Part shown: positions 1-9,650 of the stretch, one piece after another
Layout of the letters: each line of letters starts with the position of its first letter
How positions within the stretch are numbered: the first letter of the stretch is position 1
DNA from: Thermoplasmata archaeon
GTDB lineage: Archaea; Thermoplasmatota; Thermoplasmata; Thermoplasmatales; ARK-15
Assembly: GCA_023261755.1 (NCBI GenBank)
Contig: JAGDXS010000019.1
Location: 653-64,652 of the forward strand
Length of the DNA: 64,000 nucleotides
Direction of reading: 5' to 3'
The notes under the pieces: model-generated
Databases searched by the model: none
The model's input: the letters and a program-made list of their open reading frames with translations, nothing else
Told to the model about the DNA's origin: nothing
Translations under genes and position numbers: made by a program

Positions 1-1185
1 CGGATCCTTCATTTCTTTTATGAATTCATGCTGTATGATCATCTTCATGACTTCATTTGTACCTGTCCAGATCATGCCTAGCCTTGAATCCCTGAGCAAT
101 CTTTCTATTGGGTATATGGTAGTATATCCGATGCCACCCATGATCTGCATTGCATCATTTACAACTTTCCACATGACCTCTGTGGAATTTAATTTTGACA
201 TGGATACAAGTTTTCTAACATAGGAAAGACTTACCTTTTTTTGTTCTAGAAGATCTGCCGATTTGCTTGCCATATATACAAGTCCCATGGCCTGCTCTAT
301 TGCCGTAACAGATTCAGCAATTTTGAAATTTATTCCCTCATGTTCTATTAGCCTATTCCCAAATGCCTCCCTTTTCATGGCATAATCCGTCGCTATCTCT
401 ACAGCCGCCATGGCAACTCCAAGTGCACCAGCCGCTGTTGTGAGTCTTTCCGGTACCATCATTATGTTGAAAACATCATATCCCTTGTTCAATTCACCTA
501 TGATGTTTTCCTCAGTGATCTCCACATCTTTATACACTATTCTTGCAGTTCCACCTCCTCTTGTGCCCATAAGGCCATAAACAGTTTCAACCTTTAAATT
601 TGGAAGATCCCTATCAACAACAAAGGCTGTAATGCCTCTGGTAATTGGTTTTGCATCTGGATCTGTTATTGCATATGTAACAAAAAAATCTGCACCATTG
701 CCACCGACTACAAACCTTTTCTGGCCGTTCAGAATAAATTTAGATCCTTTTTTAATCGCCCTTGTCCTCATCATCCCGAATAGATCCGATCCACCTGTTG
801 GTTCTGTAATCGCTTCCGCACCGTATTTCTCTCCCGATGTGATCCCTTTCAAATATTTTTCTTTTTGCTCTCTATTTCCAAATTTGTTAATTGGCTCTCC
901 TACAATTGAACCTAAAGAATACATACAACTGAGGGTAAAGCCAAGATACCCCATCTCCTCAACAGCAGACATTTCTGCTATCCAGGAAGCATTTCTGCCA
1001 CCATATAATTCAGGGAATCTCAATCCTGCTATGTGGTTTTCAGTTATTATTTTAATAAAATCCCTTGGAAATTTTATTTCCTCATTTTCAATTTTTCTTA
1101 TAAGGTCATGGGGGATTTCTTTAACAATTTTCCTTACCTCATATTTGATTTCCCTTTCCTTATCATTTAAAAGCATATCTTCCAT
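1..1185 (-). CDS. acyl-CoA dehydrogenase (3' end runs off the window)
   Basis: Absent from the ORF track because its stop lies left of nt 1. Minus-strand translation from ATG 1185..1183 stays open to nt 1: MEDMLLNDKEREIKYEV...AITEPTGGSDLFG...IMGGIGYT...HEFIKEMKDP. About 395 codons, so only the extreme C-terminus is missing. Confidence 0.85.
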   Translation of the reverse strand, partial: MEDMLLNDKEREIKYEVRKIVKEIPHDLIRKIENEEIKFPRDFIKIITENHIAGLRFPELYGGRNASWIAEMSAVEEMGYLGFTLSCMYSLGSIVGEPINKFGNREQKEKYLKGITSGEKYGAEAITEPTGGSDLFGMMRTRAIKKGSKFILNGQKRFVVGGNGADFFVTYAITDPDAKPITRGITAFVVDRDLPNLKVETVYGLMGTRGGGTARIVYKDVEITEENIIGELNKGYDVFNIMMVPERLTTAAGALGVAMAAVEIATDYAMKREAFGNRLIEHEGINFKIAESVTAIEQAMGLVYMASKSADLLEQKKVSLSYVRKLVSMSKLNSTEVMWKVVNDAMQIMGGIGYTTIYPIERLLRDSRLGMIWTGTNEVMKMIIQHEFIKEMKDP

Positions 1186-1227
1186 AAAAGATCACATTAA
1201 ACAATATGGAAAAATTACCAAATAAAT

Positions 1228-2898
1228 TTATCTGATCATGGTTCCGGTATAACCATCTATGTATACAATTTCACCCTCTTCAGGTACTTTATAAAGCTTT
1301 GTATTGTACAGGGCACTTATTTTATTAGTTTCAAGAAAATCCATTATTTGAGGAGAAACATCCTCAATAAATATTATCCCCTTATATTTCAAGAATTTTT
1401 TATCAACATCTATAATTCTTTTATTTACTAACAGTATGTTTCCATTTTTTCCAGATTTGGTTATTTTTCCGCTGAATGATTTTCCCACAGGATAACCCCT
1501 ACCAAGGAATTCGCCTATTGTAATTGCTGAAACACTGTTAGTACCACCCAAGAAGAAGTAAGGTGATCCAGATGCAACAACAAGCCTTGATCCTTTTTTA
1601 ATACTGTAAGATTTTTTTAATGATTCCAATGCATTTTCAAAATTGTTATCATTTAAAATGAAAGCATTTATTCCGCGGTATATGCTTAATTTTCTTGAAA
1701 GGCTTTCATTCTTTACGCCTATGTATATGGGTATTCCCGGCCTTACAGCTGAAAGCATTTTTGCAGTATTTCCATGGTTGGTAAAGCCCAAAATACCATC
1801 AGCATCTATTTCCTTAGCAATTGCTTTAGATGCCTTAGCAATTGAAAATGCAATTCTATTGCCCAAAAATTCGTCAGGTTCAGGAAAATCCATTATCTTA
1901 GATTCAACATAATCAATAATTTTTTTCATGTTTATCACAGCAAGATCTGGATATTTTCCTATTGCAGTTTCTTCTGAAAGCATAACCGCATCAGCATTAT
2001 CAAGTATTGCATTTGTAACATCAGATATCTCTGCCCTTGTGGGACTACTTTCATTTACCATAGACTCAAGCATCTGTGTTGCAACAATTGTAGGGACACC
2101 ATATTTATGTGAAACCTTAATAATATTTTTTTGTACAATTCCTATTTCTTCAAGCGGAAGTTCCACTCCAAGGTCTCCTCTTGCTACCATAATGGCATCG
2201 GATACTTTTACAATGCTTTCAAGATTTTCTAGACCTGTTTTTGTCTCAATCTTAGAAATTATACTCTGGTTACCACCGTGTTCCATTATCTCTTTTCTCA
2301 GGTTTTTAACATTCTCACTACTTTGAACAAAGGAAAGTGCAAAAAAATCCACATCATTTCTTATTCCCTCTTTAAGAAATTCAATGTCCTTTTCTGTAAG
2401 AATTCCCAGATCAACGTATCTTCCCGGTATATTTATTCTAGCATGGTTTCTTAGCATGGCATCATTCAACGCTACCATTTTTAAATGGTCGTTATTTTCT
2501 AGGACTTTAAAAGAAACTTTACCGTCGCTCATAAGGACTATGTCATTCTTTTTTATGAATTTTAAAACCTCTGGCTTATTTATTACTATGGATGAATCAT
2601 TAATTTTTTTATTTGTTAAATAATAAATTACATTTGACTTAACTTGAAAATTTTCAGTATCTATTGTTCTTAGCTCTGGACCTTTAAGATCTAGCATTAT
2701 ACCCACATGGGAATTAAATTCCATGTTAATAGAATAAACAAATTTTTTTATTTTTTGAACATCATCTAGATTAGCATGAGCTGTATTCACTCTCACAACA
2801 GAAAGTCCATTTTTTGACATTTTTTTCAAAACTTTCTCATTCATTGATGAGGGTCCAACAGTAGCGATTATTTTTGTTTCTCCCATATGAATTATCAT
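1228..2898 (-). CDS. pyk: pyruvate kinase with extra C-terminal PEP-utiliser swivel-like domain
   Basis: 556 aa; KIIATVGPSS, MLDLKGPELRT, MVARGDLGVELP. A tail of about 90 aa resembles a PEP-utiliser mobile domain. The start may be the second ATG (2886). Confidence 0.9.
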   Translation of the reverse strand: MIIHMGETKIIATVGPSSMNEKVLKKMSKNGLSVVRVNTAHANLDDVQKIKKFVYSINMEFNSHVGIMLDLKGPELRTIDTENFQVKSNVIYYLTNKKINDSSIVINKPEVLKFIKKNDIVLMSDGKVSFKVLENNDHLKMVALNDAMLRNHARINIPGRYVDLGILTEKDIEFLKEGIRNDVDFFALSFVQSSENVKNLRKEIMEHGGNQSIISKIETKTGLENLESIVKVSDAIMVARGDLGVELPLEEIGIVQKNIIKVSHKYGVPTIVATQMLESMVNESSPTRAEISDVTNAILDNADAVMLSEETAIGKYPDLAVINMKKIIDYVESKIMDFPEPDEFLGNRIAFSIAKASKAIAKEIDADGILGFTNHGNTAKMLSAVRPGIPIYIGVKNESLSRKLSIYRGINAFILNDNNFENALESLKKSYSIKKGSRLVVASGSPYFFLGGTNSVSAITIGEFLGRGYPVGKSFSGKITKSGKNGNILLVNKRIIDVDKKFLKYKGIIFIEDVSPQIMDFLETNKISALYNTKLYKVPEEGEIVYIDGYTGTMIR

Positions 2899-2940
2899 AG
2901 AGGCAAGGTTTATTAAACTTTACTTTTATTATTGAATTGA

Positions 2941-4413
2941 ATGAGAATAGCATTTATTAATGGGAAAATTTACATAAAATTCAAGCCTTTAGAGAAAAGT
3001 GAATCTATTGTTGTTGAATCTGGCAAAATAATATTTTCTGGCCCAACTGAATTATCTTTAAAAAAAGCTGAAAAAATTGTTGATTTAAAAGGCAGAACCT
3101 TAATGCCTGGTTTTATTGATGCGCATATGCATCTTGATGAGCTTGGAATGTATCTGAACATACTTGATTTAAGAAACATTCGTTCAATAGAAGAATTGAG
3201 AAACAAATTAAAAAAATTTGCAGAAAACCATCCTGGGCCAATAATGGGCCATGGATGGGATCAGGAATTATTCCTAGATAAGAGGTGGCCAAATAAACAT
3301 GATATAGATGACATAGTAAATGACAGGCCTGTAATATTAACAAGGGTATGTCTACATGCTGCCCTAGTCAATTCATATTTTCTAAAGATAATGAATTATG
3401 AAAGTGAAGATGGAATAATAAAAGAGAATGATTTTGAAACTTTCAGGAAAAAGTTCAATTCCCTAATCAATAGAGAAAATAAGAAGAAGTTCATATTGGA
3501 TGGAATAAATGAATTAATTAAAAATGGAATAACGTCAATAGGTTTTGTTTCCTGCAGTAAAGAGATTTTTCAAATATTGAAGGATCTGGATAAAGAGAAA
3601 AAGATTCCAATAAGGATAAATGTTTATTTGAATGCTGAAGATTTCTCGCCAGATATAAATTTCAAAAATTCTGAGCACCTGAAACTCAAAGGCATAAAGC
3701 TTTTTGTAGATGGATCATTGGGAGCAAGGACAGCATTATTGAGCGAAAAATACAATGATGCTGATACATTTGGTGAAAAGGTATTCGATGAGAATTATCT
3801 TAAAATATATATTGAAAATGCTACAAAAGAGAATTTTCAAGTGGCAATTCATGCCATAGGAGACAGGGCAATGGACATTGCAATTTCTCTATTAAAGAAT
3901 CATCCTGGGGGCAGGATAGAGCACTGCTCGGTAGTGCGTGACGATCAGCTTGAAAAGCTTAAAAAAATAAATCTTGTTGTACAGCCGCATTTCGTTTTGA
4001 CGGATTTCTGGGTTCTTGATCGCCTTGGTGAAGAAAGGGCAAGGTTTGTTTATAGGTTCAAGGATCTTTCAAGAATATCAAATTTGGCATTTTCAACGGA
4101 TGCGCCTGTTGAACCTATAAACCCATTTCTTACATTATATGCAGCTGTAACTCGTGGTAAGTTCGAGAACATACCTATATCGAAATACCAAGATCAAGCA
4201 ATGGATGTTCAAGAAGCAATATACCATTATACTAAATGCTCAGCAATAGCCTTGAATGAAAGCAGTTATGGAGAATTGGTAGATGGTAATTATGCAGATT
4301 TTATAATTCTAGATAAAGATCCATTGAGCATTGATGAAAAGGATCTTGAAAAAATAAATGTTGATGAGGTATATATTTCAGGGGAAAGAATATCCGAAAA
4401 CATTTTTAAGTAG
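2941..4413 (+). CDS. metal-dependent amidohydrolase (amidohydrolase-3 / YtcJ-like)
   Basis: 490 aa; HxH metal motif GFIDAHMHLDE, HAIGDRA, C-terminal FSTDAPVEP. Confidence 0.75.
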   Translation: MRIAFINGKIYIKFKPLEKSESIVVESGKIIFSGPTELSLKKAEKIVDLKGRTLMPGFIDAHMHLDELGMYLNILDLRNIRSIEELRNKLKKFAENHPGPIMGHGWDQELFLDKRWPNKHDIDDIVNDRPVILTRVCLHAALVNSYFLKIMNYESEDGIIKENDFETFRKKFNSLINRENKKKFILDGINELIKNGITSIGFVSCSKEIFQILKDLDKEKKIPIRINVYLNAEDFSPDINFKNSEHLKLKGIKLFVDGSLGARTALLSEKYNDADTFGEKVFDENYLKIYIENATKENFQVAIHAIGDRAMDIAISLLKNHPGGRIEHCSVVRDDQLEKLKKINLVVQPHFVLTDFWVLDRLGEERARFVYRFKDLSRISNLAFSTDAPVEPINPFLTLYAAVTRGKFENIPISKYQDQAMDVQEAIYHYTKCSAIALNESSYGELVDGNYADFIILDKDPLSIDEKDLEKINVDEVYISGERISENIFK

Positions 4414-4433
4414 CTATTGCATAATATGAAAAT

Positions 4434-5201
4434 ATGAAGCTTGAAAATAAGATATCCCTTGTTACGGGTGGTTCAAGAGGCATAGGGAGAGCAACTGCAA
4501 TAAAATTTGCAAGCGAAGGTTCCCATATAATTCTTAACTATAGGTCAAATGATGAGGAAGCAAACACAACATGCAATGATATTAAAAAATTCAAAGTAAA
4601 CTGCATGAAGGCAAAATATGATATTTCAAGGCAGGATGAAGCAAAAGAGCTGGTAGTGGAATCAATTAAACAATTTGGTGGTGTGGACATTCTATTCAAC
4701 AATGCTGGAATAATGCTCACAAACACATATGACATAAAAGATTTTGAAAAAATGATCAATACAAATCTTTATTCAATGGTTTACCTGATAGAAGGATTAA
4801 AAGAAAATTTCATGAAGAGAGGAGGAAAAATAATAAATGTATCAAGCGTAGCGGGTATTACAACTGCACTTGAAGGTACTACATATTATTCAATAACGAA
4901 GGGTGCCGTTATTACGCTTACAAGAAGATATGCTTATGAGCTTGGAAAATATAAAGTGAATGTGAATGCAATAGCTCCTGGATACATAGAAACAGATTTA
5001 ACAAAGAAGGGAAAGAGTGAGGATGAATGGAAAAAAATTGTTGAAAGCATTTCAAAGAAAACAATACTTGGCCGTATAGGAAGGCCTGAAGACATAGCTA
5101 ATGTTGCATTGTTCCTAGCATCCGATGATTCAGATTTCATTACCGGCCAGATTATAGTTGCAGATGGTGGAAGGATCGATTACATTACCCATTCACTTTG
5201 A
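4434..5201 (+). CDS. short-chain dehydrogenase/reductase (FabG-like 3-oxoacyl reductase)
   Basis: 255 aa; VTGGSRGIGRA (TGxxxGxG), NNAG, catalytic YSITK (YxxxK). Confidence 0.85.
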   Translation: MKLENKISLVTGGSRGIGRATAIKFASEGSHIILNYRSNDEEANTTCNDIKKFKVNCMKAKYDISRQDEAKELVVESIKQFGGVDILFNNAGIMLTNTYDIKDFEKMINTNLYSMVYLIEGLKENFMKRGGKIINVSSVAGITTALEGTTYYSITKGAVITLTRRYAYELGKYKVNVNAIAPGYIETDLTKKGKSEDEWKKIVESISKKTILGRIGRPEDIANVALFLASDDSDFITGQIIVADGGRIDYITHSL

Positions 5202-5247
5202 AAATAAATTTATGCTAGTTTTGCAATTATGAATTAGGTGTTAAAAC

Positions 5248-6381
5248 ATGATAGCATTTTTGCCAAAGGAGCTTGAGGAATTCAGGTTAAAGGTAAGAAA
5301 ATTTTGTGAAACAAGCATTGAAAAAAATGCACAGAGATGGGACGAAAATGAAGAATTTCCATATGATTCTTTAAGGGCATTAGGAGAAGAAGGCATTCTT
5401 GGTTTAGGAATACCAGAGGAATATGGTGGAGCCGGCACGAGTAGAATAAAGCTTGTTATTGCAATTGAGGAAGTAGCAAGAGTTGATCCCAATAGTGCAT
5501 TCATTATGGAGGTTGAAAGCCTTTTTGATCAAACACTTTTACTTTTTGGAAATGAAAAGCAGAAATCAATATTAAGGGATGTGGCAGCAGGAAAGAAAAT
5601 AGGGACATTCGCTTTAACTGAACCAACAGGGGGTACGGATGTAGCAGGAATAAAAAGCACAGCTAAAAAGGAGAATGGAAAATATTATCTTTACGGTTCT
5701 AAATATTTTATAACAAATGCTCTTGTAGCAAGCTATTTCATAGTTTTTGCAAAAACTGCACCTGAACTTAAGAGCAAGGGCATTACAGCATTCCTTGTTG
5801 AGAAGGGAACTGAGAATTTCAATGTAGGGCCTAAAATTCACTTAACAGGTTTTAGGGGATCCGCTATAGCAGGCCTCCAGTACAACGGTGCGCCTGTAAA
5901 TGAAGATGCTATAATAGGAAAAGAGAATGAAGGTATAAAAGTGGCAATGGCAGTACTCGAAAGAGGTAGGGTAAATATATCATCACTTGCTCTTGGCATG
6001 TTGCAGCGTGTTTATGAAGAATCAGTAAAATTTGCAAATTATAGAAAATCTATGGAGAATACACTGGTAAATTTCCAATTTATTCAACAGTACCTCACTG
6101 ACATGCTTTCTGACCTTGAGGCATCAAGGTTAATGGTCTACAATACAGCTATGCTCATTGACCAGGGGCAGCAAGTAGGTCTGAACGCAGCAGCAACAAA
6201 ACTGTTTGTGAGTGAAGCCCTCATGAAGCATGTCAAGAATGGTGTAGAAATTCTTGGTGGCTATGGCTATACAAGGGGAACTGTAATGGAAAGGCTTGCA
6301 AGGGATGCACATAATACAACATTAAGCCTAGGCACATCTGAAGCGATGCGCATGGTACTTTCCAAATATTTGAAATTATAA
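5248..6381 (+). CDS. acyl-CoA dehydrogenase
   Basis: 377 aa; ALTEPTGGTDVAG, ILGGYGYTR, typical ACAD length. Confidence 0.9.
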   Translation: MIAFLPKELEEFRLKVRKFCETSIEKNAQRWDENEEFPYDSLRALGEEGILGLGIPEEYGGAGTSRIKLVIAIEEVARVDPNSAFIMEVESLFDQTLLLFGNEKQKSILRDVAAGKKIGTFALTEPTGGTDVAGIKSTAKKENGKYYLYGSKYFITNALVASYFIVFAKTAPELKSKGITAFLVEKGTENFNVGPKIHLTGFRGSAIAGLQYNGAPVNEDAIIGKENEGIKVAMAVLERGRVNISSLALGMLQRVYEESVKFANYRKSMENTLVNFQFIQQYLTDMLSDLEASRLMVYNTAMLIDQGQQVGLNAAATKLFVSEALMKHVKNGVEILGGYGYTRGTVMERLARDAHNTTLSLGTSEAMRMVLSKYLKL

Positions 6382-8055
6382 TTATTTAAATGCCTTTTCC
6401 TTCATTTTTAGCATTTCTCTGTAAAAATTCACCATGAAACAGTTTAAATTTTTAATTTTTATTTTTTTAGACCATACTAATTCATCCTTATCATAGATTA
6501 TGGGCCCAATATAATTCCTTGGTAAAGGATTTGCACCATCGTGTGAAACATTATTTAAAAACTGTTCTATCAATTCAATATTAATTTCACTGCTTGAAAG
6601 GCCCTTTTCTTTTTTCATTTTCGCTATCATATATCCTGCCTCAAGGCTAAGTGATCCAATATCCTGCTTTGAAAGCCATTGTGTTTCATAATTTAATGAA
6701 TCGGTCCAAGATCTTGATTTATCCAGAAGGTTGTAATGGTCCATAAGCGTTCTAGCAAAAATCCTGTAGCCGTACTTTTCGTTCTGCTCGAATGCAAGGC
6801 TTCCGGGATCGACGAAAGGCGCTATGGGTGAAGTGAAAAGATGTATCCAGTTTCTGTATAAATCGTACATTCTATCCATGTATTTTATATCGTTATAAAC
6901 ATCATCCCTAGTTTGCTTCGTAAGCCCGATTGAAAAGAAAACATCCATTTTCCTGGCACTGTGCTTTTTTGCATACTCTATAGTTTTTTCAAGTGCAAAA
7001 TTATTGTAATATCTTCCCCCACCAGCCCTTACCATTTCATTTGATGATTCAGGAGATATTTCAAATGTGAATTCGGAAACATTTTTCTCTATATTTTCAT
7101 AGAATGATTCAGGTGCAGGGTTAAAAATTTCAAACATTATTGGTATATCTATACCATTTTCCTTTATTTTTCTTAAGAGCTCTTCCTCATATTTTTGTCC
7201 GGCTTCGTGGACATCCCCTATCACGAATGCAGGTGCTCCAAGATTTTCCTGTATTGATATTAAATCATCAATTACATTATCAATAGATCTGTAAGAGACA
7301 ACTTTTCTGAAATAAGAATTTTCATATGCAAATTTGGACCCTCCGCATATTACACAGTTGTGATGGCATCCCTTCTGTATGAATGTCATCCCTGAGGGCG
7401 AGACTATCCAATCAGAATATGGTATAGCAGATTTAACATCCAAGTTCCTGATGCACTGCTTAATCATGTACTTATAATTTAAATGAACTGAATCAATATA
7501 ATTTTCTGGAGGTTCTATTTTGTTTATTTTTATTTTAGAACCATCACGCCAAACAAGGTTGTGCACTGCTGAAAGATCATTTTTATTCTCATGCGCATCT
7601 ATAAGTTCAGGGAAAAAAGGTTCTGTAGTATCACCAATTAAAACATAATCTATAAAATCTAAATTTTTTATAATTTCATTATGGTAATATGATGATGAAA
7701 TGCCTCCCAACAGGACTGCTGTATCAGGGTGGTATTTTTTTACAATTTTTGCCAAATTTAGAGCACCGTGAACATGTGGTAGCCAGTGCAAGTCTATGGC
7801 AACTATTTCACTTTCTAACTTCTTGATTCTCTTTTCAACATCAAAGTTTTCATCCATAAGCATTTCTACGGCGATGTTCTCTATCTTTACCTTATATCCC
7901 TTTGGAATTAATTCATTAAGAATGCTCAAGAAACCTATTGGGTACATTTCAAAAATTGGTGTAGATGGTATTACATCACTTACTGGGCCATAAAACCTGT
8001 TTCTCTTTCTGAAATCGTAAATGGAGGGGGCATGCAATAATATTAGATCATACAT
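6382..8055 (-). CDS. B12-binding-domain radical SAM protein (function unassigned)
   Basis: 557 aa; N-terminal Rossmann-like B12-binding-type domain (AVLLGGISSSYY...VLIGD). One CxxxCxxC motif (CHHNCVIC) followed by GGS. Only 5 Cys in the whole protein. Confidence 0.8.
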   Translation of the reverse strand: MYDLILLHAPSIYDFRKRNRFYGPVSDVIPSTPIFEMYPIGFLSILNELIPKGYKVKIENIAVEMLMDENFDVEKRIKKLESEIVAIDLHWLPHVHGALNLAKIVKKYHPDTAVLLGGISSSYYHNEIIKNLDFIDYVLIGDTTEPFFPELIDAHENKNDLSAVHNLVWRDGSKIKINKIEPPENYIDSVHLNYKYMIKQCIRNLDVKSAIPYSDWIVSPSGMTFIQKGCHHNCVICGGSKFAYENSYFRKVVSYRSIDNVIDDLISIQENLGAPAFVIGDVHEAGQKYEEELLRKIKENGIDIPIMFEIFNPAPESFYENIEKNVSEFTFEISPESSNEMVRAGGGRYYNNFALEKTIEYAKKHSARKMDVFFSIGLTKQTRDDVYNDIKYMDRMYDLYRNWIHLFTSPIAPFVDPGSLAFEQNEKYGYRIFARTLMDHYNLLDKSRSWTDSLNYETQWLSKQDIGSLSLEAGYMIAKMKKEKGLSSSEINIELIEQFLNNVSHDGANPLPRNYIGPIIYDKDELVWSKKIKIKNLNCFMVNFYREMLKMKEKAFK

Positions 8056-8100
8056 TTTTTCAATGCTAAAAAACTTCTTAATTTATTAATTTTAAGTATA

Positions 8101-8874
8101 TCAATCAATAACAAACATGTTTTTTCTATCCCTTGTCCATTTCATAGAGGAATATTTATTATATATCTTTTTTGCAAGGCCTATTTCATCATTTGTGAAA
8201 CTTCCATAATAAAATTCACCATTGAAAGATTTTTTATATCCATTTATGAATGAATCAATGATTTTCATTCTTGGAATTTTTACATCCAAATTTTTCAATG
8301 ATGTTACCCTTTCATAAATATTTTTTATCATCTTATCCTTAATTTTCTCATCAGAAACTTTCAGCACAGAAAACATTTCATAGGGATTAACATCAAGAAG
8401 AATTGTTCCATGTTGTAAAATGCTACCATACCTTCTTGTTTGTGCATTTCCAGAAATCTTTTTATCATTTACTGAAATATCATTTATTCCAGACCATCTT
8501 GCATCTATGCCCAATGATCTAAGGCCCTCAATTATACCTGAAAAAAGTGTTCCGTATGAATCCCTAACATTGACATCCTTAATAACGTCATGTCCAACAA
8601 CTATGCTGTATGTTATTTCCCCATCCTTCCAGTGGTATACAGCTCCACCGCCAGTAATCCTCCTTATGAGGGCAATGCCATGGGATTCTGCATAATTTAC
8701 ATCCACCTCATCGTCAAGGTTCTGGAAATAGCCTATGCTAACTGCAGAAGGATCCCAGCCATAGAATCTTATTGTGTTATAATCTACATTTTTCCTCAAA
8801 TAAAGAACAGATTCATCAAGAGCCATGTTGATTGCAGGTTCCCTGAAAGAATCAACAATTATTCTAAATTTCAT
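8101..8874 (-). CDS. lplA: lipoate-protein ligase, catalytic-domain-only form
   Basis: 257 aa; RRITGGGAVYHW, lysine motif KKISGNAQ. Lacks the roughly 90-aa C-terminal accessory domain. Confidence 0.85.
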   Translation of the reverse strand: MKFRIIVDSFREPAINMALDESVLYLRKNVDYNTIRFYGWDPSAVSIGYFQNLDDEVDVNYAESHGIALIRRITGGGAVYHWKDGEITYSIVVGHDVIKDVNVRDSYGTLFSGIIEGLRSLGIDARWSGINDISVNDKKISGNAQTRRYGSILQHGTILLDVNPYEMFSVLKVSDEKIKDKMIKNIYERVTSLKNLDVKIPRMKIIDSFINGYKKSFNGEFYYGSFTNDEIGLAKKIYNKYSSMKWTRDRKNMFVID

Positions 8875-8882
8875 GAAATCAC

Positions 8883-9599
8883 CTAATGATAAAGCATGAT
8901 CTCAATAAAATGTTTTAAGTGCTCTGCAAGAACAGGGTTATCAGAATATCCGCAGGCATCAAGCTCCGCATCAGCAATTAGGGCTCTTTTCCCATCTGAA
9001 ACTATATCTGTAGCTATAAGGCCATCCTTGTAATGAACCTCAGTGTTCTTCGGTGCCCTCTGTGTTCTTGATGTAATAACAATGATCCTTACATTTCTAG
9101 ATAAAGCCTTTTTAATATTGTCCATTAATGCTTTTCTTATTTCAGCAAGTTTGGGTGAAGACAATAAAATTTCCTGTTCAGAAAGCTCTATCATTTCACC
9201 TATCTTCTGAATTACTTTATTTTTACCATAGATTGTGTAAACAAGCTGCGGTTCACCTTTTTCACCGAACATTTCCTGTGCAAGTTTCAAATGTGAAAAA
9301 AGGTCCTTGACAAGGCGATCAAACCTTTCCTCGAGTATTTTTAGGTCCATAGGCTTGTATATTCTCGGCTTGCCAGATACAACTTTTGCAAAACCTTTAT
9401 TTTCCAATGAATCTAAAACTTTATATGATGATGTTCTTGGAATTTTAGCTATTTTTGCCACATTTTCAGCCTCACCACCCCCGAGATAGATCAATGCAAG
9501 AAATGCTTTAGCTTCATATTCAGTGAGGCCTAACACTTTCAGGCTATCTATCATATTTTGTATACTTTTATTAATATCCGTGTTGGCATAAAGATCCAT
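8883..9599 (-). CDS. TrmB-family transcriptional regulator
   Basis: 238 aa; N-terminal wHTH LGLTEYEAKAFLALIYLGG...IPRTSSYKVLDSLENKGF plus a TrmB-type C-terminal domain length. Confidence 0.8.
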   Translation of the reverse strand: MDLYANTDINKSIQNMIDSLKVLGLTEYEAKAFLALIYLGGGEAENVAKIAKIPRTSSYKVLDSLENKGFAKVVSGKPRIYKPMDLKILEERFDRLVKDLFSHLKLAQEMFGEKGEPQLVYTIYGKNKVIQKIGEMIELSEQEILLSSPKLAEIRKALMDNIKKALSRNVRIIVITSRTQRAPKNTEVHYKDGLIATDIVSDGKRALIADAELDACGYSDNPVLAEHLKHFIEIMLYH

Positions 9600-9650
9600 T
9601 TTTACACCTAGAAAAAAGAGGGAAAAATCATATATAAAAATTGCTATTGT

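Noticed and set aside
632-1225. 197-aa plus-strand ORF, the longest unexplained ORF in the track
   Set aside because: It lies entirely antisense to a minus-strand reading frame with unmistakable acyl-CoA dehydrogenase motifs. Its Ser/Pro/Ile/Phe-rich composition is typical of a shadow frame.
6382-8055. Calling the B12-domain radical SAM protein the tetraether synthase (Tes/GDGT-MAS)
   Set aside because: As I recall, the characterised enzyme binds additional metal centres that need many Cys. This protein has only five Cys in total, three of them in the core motif. I report only a generic lipid-tailoring hypothesis.
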